Assembly: GCA_950079155.1 (NCBI GenBank)
Contig: CATMWH010000003.1
Span: 103,739-167,738, forward strand
Direction: 5' to 3'
DNA: 64,000 nt
Source of the DNA: an uncultured Christensenella sp.
GTDB taxonomy: Bacteria; Bacillota; Clostridia; Christensenellales; UBA3700
Shown here: positions 9,896 to 19,536 of the stretch, one piece after another
Layout: every line of letters starts with the position of its first letter
How positions within the stretch are numbered: position 1 is the first letter of the stretch
The notes under the pieces: model-generated
Databases searched by the model: none
Told to the model about the DNA's origin: nothing
Seen by the model: only the letters and a program-made list of their open reading frames with translations
Made by a program: the position numbers and the translations under genes

Positions 9896-9967
9896 ATGAT
9901 TTTTAATCATAATTTTCTTGACTTATGATTAGTAATCATATATTATATAAATATGACTAATAATCAT
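9896..9967. promoter_or_regulatory. Three copies of a 15-bp palindromic operator, ATGATTnnnAATCAT, in the divergent XRE / membrane-protein control region
   Basis: 9896-9910 ATGATTTTTAATCAT, 9925-9939 ATGATTAGTAATCAT, 9953-9967 ATGACTAATAATCAT. Centres are 29 and 28 bp apart. Site 2 fills the spacer of a TTGACT(9918-9923)-17-TATTAT(9941-9946) promoter facing the 9994 gene. Confidence 0.7.
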
Positions 9968-9993
9968 ATTATTAAACGATAAAGGAGAATTTT

Positions 9994-11055
9994 ATGGAAT
10001 CAACTGACAATGTAAACAACTTATCTAACAGCGCAGAGGAAACGTCTGTGTTTACAGGCAGAATGCTGGCAAATTATTTTATTGGTTTGGCTACAATACT
10101 TGTATCTCTCATTACGTTAGGGCTAGCATATCCAGCAATGGTTTGCTGGAAACTCAAATGGAAAGCAAGTCACACTTATCTCAATGGAAGGCAACTTGCG
10201 TTTGACGGTAATGCAATGCAACTTATGGGAAAATATGTTTTGTGGATGTTTTTATCTTTAATTACTTTTGGCTTGTATTATATTTTTTCAGCGGAACTAA
10301 AGTTGACGGAATGGGAAATCAAGCATACTCATTTTTCAGATTATATAAGCAATGAAGAAAACAAATCAATATTCAACGGTAAATGGTATCAACTTTTTGC
10401 AATAAACTTCGTGTGCAGATTTGTTACAATTATTACATTATTTATAGGTTATTATTGGGCGCATTGCTATAAAGAGCGTTGGTATTGCAAGCATAAAACT
10501 ATTGATGGCTACGAACTTGAATTTGATGGCACAGGTATGCAGTATTTTGGCAAACGAATAGTTTGGACATTGCTCACGATAATAACTTTTGGCATTTATT
10601 CGTTTTGGTTGCAGATTAAGTCAGTAAAATGGACAGTGTCACATACAAAACTTTCAAGTTTGATTGATTGGAACGGCATAGATATAAGCGCATCTGGAAG
10701 ACAATTGGCGCACAGTGGACTTATGATGATTATTAAAGATGATAAAAAAATGGAAGTTATAAAAGTCATAGATGGTAAAGCAGGTATAAAAACAGAAATG
10801 TTTTATGAATGTAAAAATTTGTGTGAAATAATTATTCCCAATGGGGTTGCGGAAATAGGGGATAGGGCTTTTGGATTTTGCAGTTCATTGACAAAAGTAT
10901 ATATTCCATTAAGTGTAACTCGAATAGGGGATATGGCATTTGACGGTTGCGGCAAAGTAAAAATTTATTGTATAGCGGAAGCCAAGCCTGAAGGATGGTC
11001 AAGCACTTGGAATCATTGTAACTATCCTGTAGTATGGGGATACAAAGGAGATTAA
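9994..11055 (+). CDS. Membrane protein: two tandem 2-TM modules (DUF898/YjgN-like) fused to a C-terminal BspA-type leucine-rich repeat domain
   Basis: 353 aa. Internal duplication (…ITLGLAYPAMVCWKLKWKASHTYLNGRQLAFDGNAMQLMGKYVLWMFLSLITFGLYY… versus …ITLFIGYYWAHCYKERWYCKHKTIDGYELEFDGTGMQYFGKRIVWTLLTIITFGIYS…). The C-terminus IIIPNGVAEIGDRAFGFCSSLTKVYIPLSVTRIGDMAFDGC matches the LRR_5 pattern. Confidence 0.6.
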   Translation: MESTDNVNNLSNSAEETSVFTGRMLANYFIGLATILVSLITLGLAYPAMVCWKLKWKASHTYLNGRQLAFDGNAMQLMGKYVLWMFLSLITFGLYYIFSAELKLTEWEIKHTHFSDYISNEENKSIFNGKWYQLFAINFVCRFVTIITLFIGYYWAHCYKERWYCKHKTIDGYELEFDGTGMQYFGKRIVWTLLTIITFGIYSFWLQIKSVKWTVSHTKLSSLIDWNGIDISASGRQLAHSGLMMIIKDDKKMEVIKVIDGKAGIKTEMFYECKNLCEIIIPNGVAEIGDRAFGFCSSLTKVYIPLSVTRIGDMAFDGCGKVKIYCIAEAKPEGWSSTWNHCNYPVVWGYKGD

Positions 11056-11066
11056 GTGTTTGTAAA

Positions 11067-11136
11067 ATGTCGTTTCGACCGTAGTGGAGAAATCTCAAAA
11101 AAAGATTAGATATCTCCGCTGCGGTCGAGTTGACAG
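11067..11136. repeat. Inverted pair of the dispersed repeat (copy C on +, diverged copy C' on -)
   Basis: 11067-11096 ATGTCGTTTCGACCGTAGTGGAGAAATCTC. The reverse complement of 11107-11136 is CTGTCAACTCGACCGCAGCGGAGATATCTA. Together they can form a long imperfect hairpin. Confidence 0.7.
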
Positions 11137-11154
11137 AACTAGTATACCATTTCC

Positions 11155-11184
11155 GTCACTGCGTGATACCAGCGAGAAGGTCTT
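11155..11184 (+). repeat. Degenerate copy of the repeat (GTCACTGCGTGATACCAGCGAGAAGGTCTT)
   Basis: Shares the GTCA... and ...GAGAAnnTCT termini only. Confidence 0.35.
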
Positions 11185-11281
11185 AATAATGATTAAATTT
11201 AAATTTTAGCCAATTTAATTGCCAGTTTACGCAATTTTAAAAAATTTACATAAAATTTACATTTCAATTATTATCAAGTAT

Positions 11282-11310
11282 TTGACATATTTTTATATAA
11301 TTTGTATACT
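11282..11310 (+). promoter_or_regulatory. Candidate S10-operon promoter, TTGACA-17-TATACT
   Basis: TTGACA at 11282-11287 and TATACT at 11305-11310. This would give a leader of about 185 nt before rpsJ. Confidence 0.55.
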
Positions 11311-11500
11311 CATTAGGCTTACGTCAAATGGGATGATATGGGAGGTTACCGCTTTTTAAGAGGAGAACTTCCATTGACAAGAGTTCGACAATCGGGCGAC
11401 TAACAAAAAGGCTAACTGCAGGCCTTTTTAAAAATGACGAAAGCGGAACGCACGGAAGTGTATAGTAAAAAAATAAGTTAGGTAAAAAAGGAGATTAAAA

Positions 11501-11809
11501 ATGGCAGGACAGACAATCAGAATCAAATTGAGAGCATACGATCACAACCTTATCGACGTTGCAGCAGAAAAAATCGTCGAGACGGCAAAGAGAAGCGGCG
11601 CGCAAGTATCTGGACCAATTCCGCTCCCTACGGAGAAAGAAGTGGTTACCATCATCAGAGCGGTTCACAAATATAAGGACAGCAGAGAACAATTCGAACT
11701 TCGCACTCACAAGAGATTGATTGATATTATCAATCCTACTTCCAAAGTAGTAGACGCTCTTATGAAACTTGATTTGCCGGCAGGCGTCGATATTCAAATC
11801 AAACTTTAA
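11501..11809 (+). CDS. rpsJ: 30S ribosomal protein S10
   Basis: 102 aa. [14 protein letters not shown]...SGPIPLPT...[17 protein letters not shown]. Confidence 0.97.
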   Translation: MAGQTIRIKLRAYDHNLIDVAAEKIVETAKRSGAQVSGPIPLPTEKEVVTIIRAVHKYKDSREQFELRTHKRLIDIINPTSKVVDALMKLDLPAGVDIQIKL

Positions 11810-11873
11810 TAAATAAGTCAAATAAAATTGCGTAAAGCGATTTTGCAAAATAAATAGGAGGATGAACTTTATT

Positions 11874-12494
11874 ATGAATAAAGCAATCATTGGAAAAAAG
11901 TTGGCAATGAGTCAAATTTTTGCTCCGGACGGCACAGTTATCCCGGTGACGATAGTGCTTGCGGGACCTTGTCCGGTTGTGCAAAAGAAAACCCTTGACA
12001 ATGACGGTTACGAGGCAGTTCAAATTGCCTTTGGCGAAATCAAAGAGAAGAACGTCAATAAGCCGATAAAGGGTCATTACAAGAAAGCAGGTGTTGCGCC
12101 TAGAAGAGTACTCCGCGAGTTTAAGACGGACGTCGCAAATTATGAACTCGGACAAGAACTCAAGTGCGACCAGTTTGCCGAAGGATCTTTGGTAGACGTA
12201 AGCGGAACTTCAAAGGGACACGGATTTACCGGCGCTGTCAAGAGATGGAATCATCACTGCGGACCTATGGCGCACGGTTCGGGTTACCACAGAGGCGTAG
12301 GTTCTATGGGCGCTTGTTCTACTCCTTCGAGAGTATTCAAGAACAAAAAGATGTCGGGACATTGGGGTAATGAGAAAGTTACCGTCAAGAATCTCACGGT
12401 GGCAAGAGTCGATGCCGAGCGTAATCTTCTTTTCATCAAGGGCGCTATCCCCGGTGCAAAGGGTAACATCGTTGTTGTAAAGCAAAACGGTTAA
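11874..12494 (+). CDS. rplC: 50S ribosomal protein L3
   Basis: MNKAIIGKKLAMSQIF..., FTGAVKRWN, GSMGA. The ATG at 11874 is preferred because the track start at 11862 abuts the SD AGGAGG. Confidence 0.95.
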   Translation: MNKAIIGKKLAMSQIFAPDGTVIPVTIVLAGPCPVVQKKTLDNDGYEAVQIAFGEIKEKNVNKPIKGHYKKAGVAPRRVLREFKTDVANYELGQELKCDQFAEGSLVDVSGTSKGHGFTGAVKRWNHHCGPMAHGSGYHRGVGSMGACSTPSRVFKNKKMSGHWGNEKVTVKNLTVARVDAERNLLFIKGAIPGAKGNIVVVKQNG

Positions 12495-12508
12495 AGGAGT
12501 GAGCAAAA

Positions 12509-13135
12509 ATGAAGGTTAATGTTTTAGATATAAAAGCCAAGAAAGTGGGCGAAATCGAACTTAGCGAGAGCGTATTCGGCGTCGCATACAACGAGCCGCT
12601 TATTCACCAAGTAGTAGTTGCTCAATTGGCAAACAAGAGACAGGGCACCAAGTCTACTTTGACTCGCACGGAAGTTAGAGGCGGCGGCAAGAAGCCTTGG
12701 AGACAAAAAGGAACGGGTAGAGCAAGACAGGGTAGTATCCGTAGCCCGCAATGGACAGGCGGCGGCGTAGTTTTCGCTCCGAAGCCCAGAGATTTCTCTC
12801 AAAAAATCAACAAGAAAATGAAGGTAGCGGCTACTTTGTCGGCATTGAGCGCAAAGGTAAGCGACAATGATTTTATCGTACTTGACAAGTTGGTACTTGA
12901 AGAGGCAAAGACAAAATACGTGGCTCAAATGCTTAAGGCAATGGAAATTGATAAAAAAGTTTTGTTGGTAGTCGGCAACGACGACGAGGCGGTTCAAAGA
13001 GCGTGCGCAAACATTCAGAACTTGACGCTTATCAATGCAAGTCTAATAAATGTATATGATTTGGCAGCAAATACGAAGTGTATCTTCACTGTTGATGCAG
13101 TAAACAAAATAGAGGAGGCATACAAGAATGAATAA
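12509..13135 (+). CDS. rplD: 50S ribosomal protein L4
   Basis: 208 aa. [33 protein letters not shown]. Confidence 0.96.
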   Translation: MKVNVLDIKAKKVGEIELSESVFGVAYNEPLIHQVVVAQLANKRQGTKSTLTRTEVRGGGKKPWRQKGTGRARQGSIRSPQWTGGGVVFAPKPRDFSQKINKKMKVAATLSALSAKVSDNDFIVLDKLVLEEAKTKYVAQMLKAMEIDKKVLLVVGNDDEAVQRACANIQNLTLINASLINVYDLAANTKCIFTVDAVNKIEEAYKNE

Positions 13136-13418
13136 GTATGATGTGATTATTTCCCCTATCCTTACGGAAAAGAGTTATGACGGTATCGCAGAAAAGAAAT
13201 ATACTTTCAAAGTAGCAAGCGATGCTACTAAAACTCAAATCAAAGTGGCAGTCGAAGATATATTCGGCGTAAAAGTAGCAAAAGTAAACACCGTCAACGT
13301 AAACGGCAAGAAGAAAAGAATGGGAAGATCTGAAGGTATGACTTCCGCTTACAAGAAAGCAGTTGTGACGTTGACAGAAGATAGCAAGACAATCGAGTTC
13401 TTTGAGAGTCTGGCATAA
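13128..13418 (+). CDS. rplW: 50S ribosomal protein L23
   Basis: 96 aa. [12 protein letters not shown]..., KVAKVNT. Overlaps the rplD stop. Confidence 0.95.
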   Translation: MNKYDVIISPILTEKSYDGIAEKKYTFKVASDATKTQIKVAVEDIFGVKVAKVNTVNVNGKKKRMGRSEGMTSAYKKAVVTLTEDSKTIEFFESLA

Positions 13419-13434
13419 TTAGGAGGTAAGATAA

Positions 13435-14259
13435 ATGGCTATTAAGAGATTTAAACCTACTTCTCCTGCTCGTCGTTTTATGACGGTATCTAAATTTACC
13501 GAAATTACCACGACCACTCCCGAAAAGGGCTTGCTCCAATCCAAAAGCAAGAGTGGCGGTAGAAATGCAACCGGTAGAATTACCGTAAGACATATCGGCG
13601 GCGGCAACAGAAGAAAGTACAGAATAATTGACTTCAAGCGCAATAAGGATAATATTCCGGCAAAAGTTGCTTCCATAGAGTACGATCCAAACCGCAGCGC
13701 GAACATAGCACTCCTCAACTATGCGGACGGCGAAAAGAAATACATCATCGCTCCGCTTGGATTGCAGAAGGGCGACACCGTAATGAGCGGTGAGAACGCA
13801 GATATCAAGACGGGCAACACGCTTCCTCTTGAGAAGATTCCCGTAGGTACTGTTATCCATAATATAGAGATGCACCCCGGTAAGGGCGGTCAGATTGCAA
13901 GATCGGCAGGAAATTCCGCTCAACTTATGGCTAAAGAAGGCAAGTATGCAACATTGAGACTCCCAAGCGGCGAAATGAGATACATTCCAATTAAGTGTAG
14001 AGCAACTATCGGACAGGTTGGCAATCTCGAACACGAGATTATATCTTTGGGTAAGGCCGGACGTAAACGTCATATGGGCGTAAGACCTACAGTCCGCGGT
14101 GTTGTAATGAACCCTTGCGATCACCCGCACGGTGGTGGTGAAGGTAAGTCGCCGATAGGTATGCCGAGTCCTGTAACTCCTTGGGGTAAACCTGCTTTGG
14201 GTTACAAGACCAGAAAGAAGAACAAGAGCAATAAGTTCATCATCAAGCGTGTGAACTAG
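13435..14259 (+). CDS. rplB: 50S ribosomal protein L2
   Basis: 274 aa. [29 protein letters not shown]. Confidence 0.98.
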   Translation: MAIKRFKPTSPARRFMTVSKFTEITTTTPEKGLLQSKSKSGGRNATGRITVRHIGGGNRRKYRIIDFKRNKDNIPAKVASIEYDPNRSANIALLNYADGEKKYIIAPLGLQKGDTVMSGENADIKTGNTLPLEKIPVGTVIHNIEMHPGKGGQIARSAGNSAQLMAKEGKYATLRLPSGEMRYIPIKCRATIGQVGNLEHEIISLGKAGRKRHMGVRPTVRGVVMNPCDHPHGGGEGKSPIGMPSPVTPWGKPALGYKTRKKNKSNKFIIKRVN

Positions 14260-14270
14260 GAGGATTCGAA

Positions 14271-14549
14271 ATGAGTAGATCAGTAAAGAAAGGACCTTTC
14301 GTCGAAGAAAGACTTATAAAGAGAATTATCGCAATGAACGATGCCAACGAAAAGAAGGTTGTCAAGACTTGGTCAAGATCTTCCACAATCTTTCCGGAGA
14401 TGGTAGGTCACACGATAGCCGTTCACGACGGCAGAAAGCACGTGCCTGTATATATCACCGAAGATATGGTAGGCTGCAAACTCGGCGAGTTTGCTCCCAC
14501 ACGTACATTCAAGGGACACGCAGGCGAAAAAACCACAGGTAAAAGATAA
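14271..14549 (+). CDS. rpsS: 30S ribosomal protein S19
   Basis: 92 aa. [10 protein letters not shown]..., [28 protein letters not shown]. Confidence 0.98.
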   Translation: MSRSVKKGPFVEERLIKRIIAMNDANEKKVVKTWSRSSTIFPEMVGHTIAVHDGRKHVPVYITEDMVGCKLGEFAPTRTFKGHAGEKTTGKR

Positions 14550-14560
14550 GGAGGCGTAAG

Positions 14561-14953
14561 ATGGCAAAGAGATTAAGAGAAAAGAGCGCCGCTCGTAAAG
14601 AAAACGCTGATAAGCGTCCGAGCGCAACGGCCAAGTACGTCAGAATTTCTCCCGACAAGGTTAGAATTGTGCTTGACATAATAAGAGGAAAGAATTACGA
14701 AGAGGCTTTGGCAATACTCAAATTTACCCGCAAGGCTGCTTGCGAACCGCTCATCAAGTTGTTGAATTCGGCGGCTGCAAATGCAGAAAACAATTTGAAT
14801 ATGGACAAGACCACGCTTTACGTAGCAGAGTGCTACGCCAACGCAGGACCGATACTCAAGCGTATCAGAGCAAGAGCAAAGGGAAGCGCTGCAAGAATCA
14901 ACAAACGCACCAGCCACATCACCATCATCTTGGATGAGGCTAAGGCAGAATAA
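14561..14953 (+). CDS. rplV: 50S ribosomal protein L22
   Basis: 130 aa. [18 protein letters not shown]..., [22 protein letters not shown]. Confidence 0.95.
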   Translation: MAKRLREKSAARKENADKRPSATAKYVRISPDKVRIVLDIIRGKNYEEALAILKFTRKAACEPLIKLLNSAAANAENNLNMDKTTLYVAECYANAGPILKRIRARAKGSAARINKRTSHITIILDEAKAE

Positions 14954-14970
14954 TCGAGGAGGTATCAAAA

Positions 14971-15651
14971 ATGGGACAAAAAGTTAGTCCACACGGATTG
15001 AGAGTAGGCGTAATAAAAGATTGGAACGCTCAATGGTATGCTGACAAGAAAAACTTTTCTAAGAACCTCATTGAGGATCACAAGATCAGAACTTACTTGA
15101 AGAAGAAATATTATCAATGTTCTATCTCCAAGATTACAATCAGCAGAATACTTTCTTCGGCAAACGATATCGTAATAGTTACGATTTATACTGCAAAGCC
15201 GGGTATTATGATTGGTAAAGCAGGCGCAGGCGTTGAGCAAATCAAGAAAGAAGTTATGAAACTTGCTCCCAAGAAGAGCGTAAGCATCAATATTATGGAA
15301 GTTAAGAGACCGGACACGGACGCTCAACTCATCGCAGAGAACATCGCCGCTCAACTCGAAAAGCGTATTGCGTTCAGAAGAGCAATGAAGGGTTGTATCT
15401 CCAAGGCAATGAAGGGCGGAGTAAAAGGTATCAAGACTATGGTATCGGGTCGTCTTAACGGAGCGGAAATTGCAAATTCCGAGAGTTATCACGAGGGGTC
15501 TATACCTCTTCAAACATTGAGAGCAGATATCGATTACGGTACGGCAGAAGCTCATACTACGTTCGGAATCATAGGCGTTAAGGTATGGGTATACAAGGGT
15601 GAAGTACTCGGAAAGAACGTAAAGGAAAACAAGGAAGGAGGTAATGCGTAA
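14971..15651 (+). CDS. rpsC: 30S ribosomal protein S3
   Basis: 226 aa. [18 protein letters not shown], with KH and S3-C motifs. Confidence 0.97.
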   Translation: MGQKVSPHGLRVGVIKDWNAQWYADKKNFSKNLIEDHKIRTYLKKKYYQCSISKITISRILSSANDIVIVTIYTAKPGIMIGKAGAGVEQIKKEVMKLAPKKSVSINIMEVKRPDTDAQLIAENIAAQLEKRIAFRRAMKGCISKAMKGGVKGIKTMVSGRLNGAEIANSESYHEGSIPLQTLRADIDYGTAEAHTTFGIIGVKVWVYKGEVLGKNVKENKEGGNA

Positions 15652-16082
15652 TGTTAATGCCTAAGAGAGTTAAAAGACGTCGCGTACACCGTGGCAGATT
15701 GACGGGACAGGCTAACAAGGGCAACAAGGTTGCATACGGCGAGTACGGACTTGTAGCGCTTGAGCCAAGTTGGATTACCTCAAACCAGATTGAGGCAGCG
15801 CGTATAGCAATGACGCGTTATATCAAGAGAGGCGGTAAGGTTTGGATCAATATATTCCCACACAAGCCTATCACTAAGAAGCCGGCAGAAACCAGAATGG
15901 GTAGCGGTAAAGGTAGCGTAGAATACTGGGTAGCAGTGGTTAAGCCGGGTCGTGTAATGTTTGAGATGTCAGGCGTAAGCGAAGAAGTCGCACGCGAAGC
16001 ATTGAGACTTGCATCACACAAATTGCCTGTTAAGTGCAAATTTGTAAAGAGAGAAGAGGTGAGCGCAGATGAAAGCAAGTAA
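15651..16082 (+). CDS. rplP: 50S ribosomal protein L16
   Basis: 143 aa. [16 protein letters not shown]..., [24 protein letters not shown] stop/start overlap with rpsC. Confidence 0.97.
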   Translation: MLMPKRVKRRRVHRGRLTGQANKGNKVAYGEYGLVALEPSWITSNQIEAARIAMTRYIKRGGKVWINIFPHKPITKKPAETRMGSGKGSVEYWVAVVKPGRVMFEMSGVSEEVAREALRLASHKLPVKCKFVKREEVSADESK

Positions 16083-16311
16083 TTTTTTTGAAATGACAAA
16101 CGAAGAACTTAATCTCAAATTGAATTCTTTGAAAGAAGAACTCTTCAATCTTCGCTTTAAACACAAAGCAGGTCAACTTGAGAACGCTAATCAACTTGCA
16201 ATTTGCAAAAAAGATATTGCAAGAGTAAAGACGATAATCCGTCAAAGAGAACTCGGAATTTCTCAAGAGCCGAATAAGGCTGTCAAGAAATCCGCTAAGA
16301 AGGCTAAATAA
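16069..16311 (+). CDS. rpmC: 50S ribosomal protein L29 (with a basic C-terminal tail)
   Basis: 80 aa. [27 protein letters not shown]. About 15 extra K/A-rich residues at the C-terminus. Confidence 0.92.
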   Translation: MKASNFFEMTNEELNLKLNSLKEELFNLRFKHKAGQLENANQLAICKKDIARVKTIIRQRELGISQEPNKAVKKSAKKAK

Positions 16312-16325
16312 GGAGGATAACAGCA

Positions 16326-16583
16326 ATGGAAGAAAGAAATCTCAGAAAAACCAGAGTTGGCGTAATTGTCAAAGACAAGATGGACAAGACCGTAGTTGTT
16401 GCGATCAAAGAGCGTGTTAAGCATCCTCTTTACGGCAAGATTATCAATAGAACAAAGACATTCAAGGCTCACGATGAGCAAAATGAATGTGGCATTGGCG
16501 ATACCGTACGTGTCGTCGAAACAAGACCGCTTTCCAAAGACAAGCGTTGGAGAGTTGTCGAAATCGTCGAGAAGGCTAAGTAA
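16326..16583 (+). CDS. rpsQ: 30S ribosomal protein S17
   Basis: 85 aa. [17 protein letters not shown]...HPLYGKII..., [23 protein letters not shown]. Confidence 0.96.
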   Translation: MEERNLRKTRVGVIVKDKMDKTVVVAIKERVKHPLYGKIINRTKTFKAHDEQNECGIGDTVRVVETRPLSKDKRWRVVEIVEKAK

Positions 16584-16597
16584 GGAGGACCCCGAGA

Positions 16598-16966
16598 ATG
16601 ATACAACCGGAGACAAAATTGGTCGTTGCCGATAATTCAGGCGCAAAAGAGATCAAATGTATTAGAGTAATGGGCGGTTCGTTCCGTAGAAGCGGTAATA
16701 TAGGCGACGTGATCGTGGCATCCGTGCAGACGGCTACCCCGGGCGGCGCAGTTAAGAAAGGCGACGTAGTCAAAGCAGTTATTGTAAGAACCAAGAAAGG
16801 TATCAGAAGAACAGACGGTTCGCACATCAGGTTTGACGACAACGCAGCCGTTATTATCGACAATCAAAAACAACCTAGGGGTACTCGTATCTTTGGACCA
16901 ATTGCCAGAGAGTTGAGAGAAAAAGATTATATGAAGATCATTTCTCTTGCCCCAGAGGTAATCTAA
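16598..16966 (+). CDS. rplN: 50S ribosomal protein L14
   Basis: 122 aa. [24 protein letters not shown]..., [11 protein letters not shown]. Confidence 0.98.
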   Translation: MIQPETKLVVADNSGAKEIKCIRVMGGSFRRSGNIGDVIVASVQTATPGGAVKKGDVVKAVIVRTKKGIRRTDGSHIRFDDNAAVIIDNQKQPRGTRIFGPIARELREKDYMKIISLAPEVI

Positions 16967-16981
16967 CGGAGGTAGACCAAT

Positions 16982-17407
16982 ATGAGTATGAATGTTAAGA
17001 AAGGCGACGCTGTCAAAGTTATCGCAGGTGTCGATAAAGGTAAGACAGGTCAAGTATTGGCGGTAGATACCAAGTCCCAAAGAGTGGTTTTGCAAGGCTC
17101 TGACTTGAGAACGGTAAAGTGTTTCGTTAAGCCTCGCAACGCTCAAGAGAAGGGCGGAATTATCGAAAGAGAGGCTTCAATCAACGTATCCAACGTGATG
17201 ATTCTCTGTCCGAGTTGCAACAGCGCTACGAGAGTTGCTCACAACATCAGCGTTGACGAAAACGGAAAGAAAATCAAGACGCGTATATGCAAGAAGTGCG
17301 GAGCGTCTTTGGATGTAAAACCTGCAAAAGCAGCAAAGACCGCTAAGAAGGCAACTAAGAAGACTGCCACAAAGGCTAAGAAGACCACTGAAGTGGCAGA
17401 AAACTAA
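16982..17407 (+). CDS. rplX: 50S ribosomal protein L24, Cys4 zinc-ribbon form with a K/A-rich C-terminal tail
   Basis: 141 aa. KOW motif VKKGDAVKVIAGVDKGKTGQV, then CPSCNSATRV...RICKKCGASL, then KPAKAAKTAKKATKKTATKAKKTTEVAEN. Confidence 0.93.
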   Translation: MSMNVKKGDAVKVIAGVDKGKTGQVLAVDTKSQRVVLQGSDLRTVKCFVKPRNAQEKGGIIEREASINVSNVMILCPSCNSATRVAHNISVDENGKKIKTRICKKCGASLDVKPAKAAKTAKKATKKTATKAKKTTEVAEN

Positions 17408-17422
17408 TGGAGGATTACGACT

Positions 17423-17974
17423 GTGGAAAATAGAGAATACAGAATGCTTGAATACTATAAATCAACAGTAGTTCCTGCATTGATCAAAAAGTTTAATTAT
17501 AAGAACGTCAACCAAGTACCAAAACTCGAGAAAGTTGTTCTCAATATGGGACTTGGCGACGTCAAGGACAACAGCAAGAGTCTTCAACAGGCAGTTGAAG
17601 AACTCAAGTTGATCGCAGGTCAGGCTCCCGCAGAGTGCAAGGCTAAGAAGAGCGTTGCAAACTTCAAGGTGAGAGAAGGTATGACGATTGGCGCAAAGGT
17701 AACTTTGAGAGGTAAGAAGATGTACGATTTTATGGATAAACTCATATCCGTTGCTCTTCCTCGAGTAAGAGACTTTAAGGGCGTGCCAAACGATTCGTTC
17801 GACGGACGCGGCAACTATGCAATGGGCGTTAAGGAGCAAATCATCTTTCCGGAAATTCAATACGACAAGGTAGAGAAGGTAAGAGGTTTTGACATTATCG
17901 TCGTAACTACGGCAAACACAGACGAAGAGGCTAAGGAGTTGTTGACGCTCCTCGGTATGCCTTTTGTGAAATAG
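17423..17974 (+). CDS. rplE: 50S ribosomal protein L5
   Basis: 183 aa. [22 protein letters not shown]..., [36 protein letters not shown] start 9 nt after GGAGGA. Confidence 0.95.
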   Translation: MENREYRMLEYYKSTVVPALIKKFNYKNVNQVPKLEKVVLNMGLGDVKDNSKSLQQAVEELKLIAGQAPAECKAKKSVANFKVREGMTIGAKVTLRGKKMYDFMDKLISVALPRVRDFKGVPNDSFDGRGNYAMGVKEQIIFPEIQYDKVEKVRGFDIIVVTTANTDEEAKELLTLLGMPFVK

Positions 17975-17984
17975 GAGATAGATT

Positions 17985-18170
17985 ATGGCAAAGAAAGCAA
18001 TGATTAACAAACAGCAAAAGACTCCAAAGTACTCCACAAGAGCATACACAAGATGCCAGATTTGTGGAAGACCGCACGCAGTTTTAAGAAAGTACGGAAT
18101 TTGCAGAATTTGCTTCAGAGAACTCGCTTACAAGGGCGAGATTCCCGGAGTAAAGAAGGCAAGTTGGTAA
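17985..18170 (+). CDS. rpsN: 30S ribosomal protein S14, type Z (zinc-binding)
   Basis: 61 aa. [38 protein letters not shown]. Confidence 0.96.
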   Translation: MAKKAMINKQQKTPKYSTRAYTRCQICGRPHAVLRKYGICRICFRELAYKGEIPGVKKASW

Positions 18171-18186
18171 TAGGAGGGTATTTACT

Positions 18187-18585
18187 ATGATGATAACTGA
18201 TCCAATCGCAGATATGCTCACTCGTATCCGTAATGCTTTGGTAGCAAGACACGAAAGCGTCGAAGTACCTCTTTCAAAGATGAAGAAGGCAATCGCCGAC
18301 ATCTTAACCGAAGAAGGTTTTATCAACGGATATGAAGTAGTTGAAGGCGAAGTTCAAAGTGTTATGAAGGTAAATTTGAAGTATGGACCTAATAATGAGA
18401 AGGTCATTTCCGGAATTAAGCGTATTTCCAAGCCCGGCTTGAGAGTATATGCAAACTCAGAGAAACTTCCTGTCGTCCTCAACGGTTTGGGAATAGCAAT
18501 TATTTCCACTTCCAAGGGAATTATGACTGATAAGAAGGCTCGCGCAGCACATATCGGTGGCGAAGTACTCGCTTACGTTTGGTAA
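18187..18585 (+). CDS. rpsH: 30S ribosomal protein S8
   Basis: 132 aa. [14 protein letters not shown]..., [18 protein letters not shown]...GGEVLAYVW. Confidence 0.97.
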   Translation: MMITDPIADMLTRIRNALVARHESVEVPLSKMKKAIADILTEEGFINGYEVVEGEVQSVMKVNLKYGPNNEKVISGIKRISKPGLRVYANSEKLPVVLNGLGIAIISTSKGIMTDKKARAAHIGGEVLAYVW

Positions 18586-18600
18586 TAGGGAGGTAGGAAT

Positions 18601-19143
18601 ATGTCAAGAATTGGTAGACTTCCTGTTGCTATCCCAGCAGGCGTAGAAGTAAGCGTATCGCCCGAAAATATCGTTACGGTAAAAGGCGCAAAAGGTACTT
18701 TGACTCTCAAAGTAAACAGCATCATTACCGTAAAAGTTGAGGGCGCAGAAGTGCACGTAACAAGACCCAACGACGATAAGCCGGTCAAGGCAATGCACGG
18801 CCTTTACAGAAAACTTATTGCAAATATGGTTGAAGGCGTATCCAAGGGCTTTGAGAAATCTTTGATTCTCAACGGCGTAGGTTACAAGGCAACCAAGCAA
18901 GGTAAAAAACTCGTGCTCAACGTAGGTTATTCGCATCCGGTTGAGATAGAAGAGATACCGGGTATCACTTACGAGTGCGTTTCTGTTACGGAAGTAGTCG
19001 TAAAGGGTATTGACAAAGAGTTGGTAGGTCAAATGGCTGCCAACATAAGAAAAGTTCGTAACCCTGATCCTTACCACGTATACGGTATTCGTTATAAAGA
19101 CGAAGTTATCGTACGTAAGGAAGGCAAGACGGGTAAGAAATAA
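18601..19143 (+). CDS. rplF: 50S ribosomal protein L6
   Basis: 180 aa. [17 protein letters not shown]..., [19 protein letters not shown]. Confidence 0.97.
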   Translation: MSRIGRLPVAIPAGVEVSVSPENIVTVKGAKGTLTLKVNSIITVKVEGAEVHVTRPNDDKPVKAMHGLYRKLIANMVEGVSKGFEKSLILNGVGYKATKQGKKLVLNVGYSHPVEIEEIPGITYECVSVTEVVVKGIDKELVGQMAANIRKVRNPDPYHVYGIRYKDEVIVRKEGKTGKK

Positions 19144-19156
19144 GGAGTGAGATAAT

Positions 19157-19525
19157 ATGATTAGTAAGATTGATAAGAATGCCATCAGGCAAAAAAGACA
19201 TCAAAGAGTTAGATCTAAAATCAGTGGCACAGCCGAGAGACCTCGCTTCAACGTATATAGAAGTACCAACAATATCAACGTACAGATAATCGACGATGTC
19301 AAAGGTGCGACGCTAGTTTCTTGCTCTACTCTTGATAAGGATATGATAAAGAAGGTCAAGGATATGACCAAGACTGAGGCTGCAGCCGAAGTAGGAAAGG
19401 CAGTTGCTCAAAAGGCTTTGCAGGCAGGTATCACCGAAGTTGTATTCGACAGAGGCGGATATCTCTATACCGGACGCGTTAAGAGCGTTGCAGACGGCGC
19501 AAGAGAAGCCGGACTTAAATTCTAA
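19157..19525 (+). CDS. rplR: 50S ribosomal protein L18
   Basis: 122 aa. [23 protein letters not shown]..., [28 protein letters not shown]. Confidence 0.97.
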   Translation: MISKIDKNAIRQKRHQRVRSKISGTAERPRFNVYRSTNNINVQIIDDVKGATLVSCSTLDKDMIKKVKDMTKTEAAAEVGKAVAQKALQAGITEVVFDRGGYLYTGRVKSVADGAREAGLKF

Positions 19526-19536
19526 GGAGATCCAAA

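Noticed and set aside
13294-14130. Long antisense ORFs opposite well-supported genes. Examples: 278 aa opposite rplB; 338 aa at 55436-56452 opposite the helicase; 219 aa at 19678-20337; 220 aa at 51006-51668; 240 aa at 2239-2961; 212 aa at 3302-3940; 206 aa at 41541-42161.
   Set aside because: They lie fully inside genes with unambiguous conserved products on the other strand. They have no SD and show low-complexity or odd composition, which is typical of shadow ORFs.
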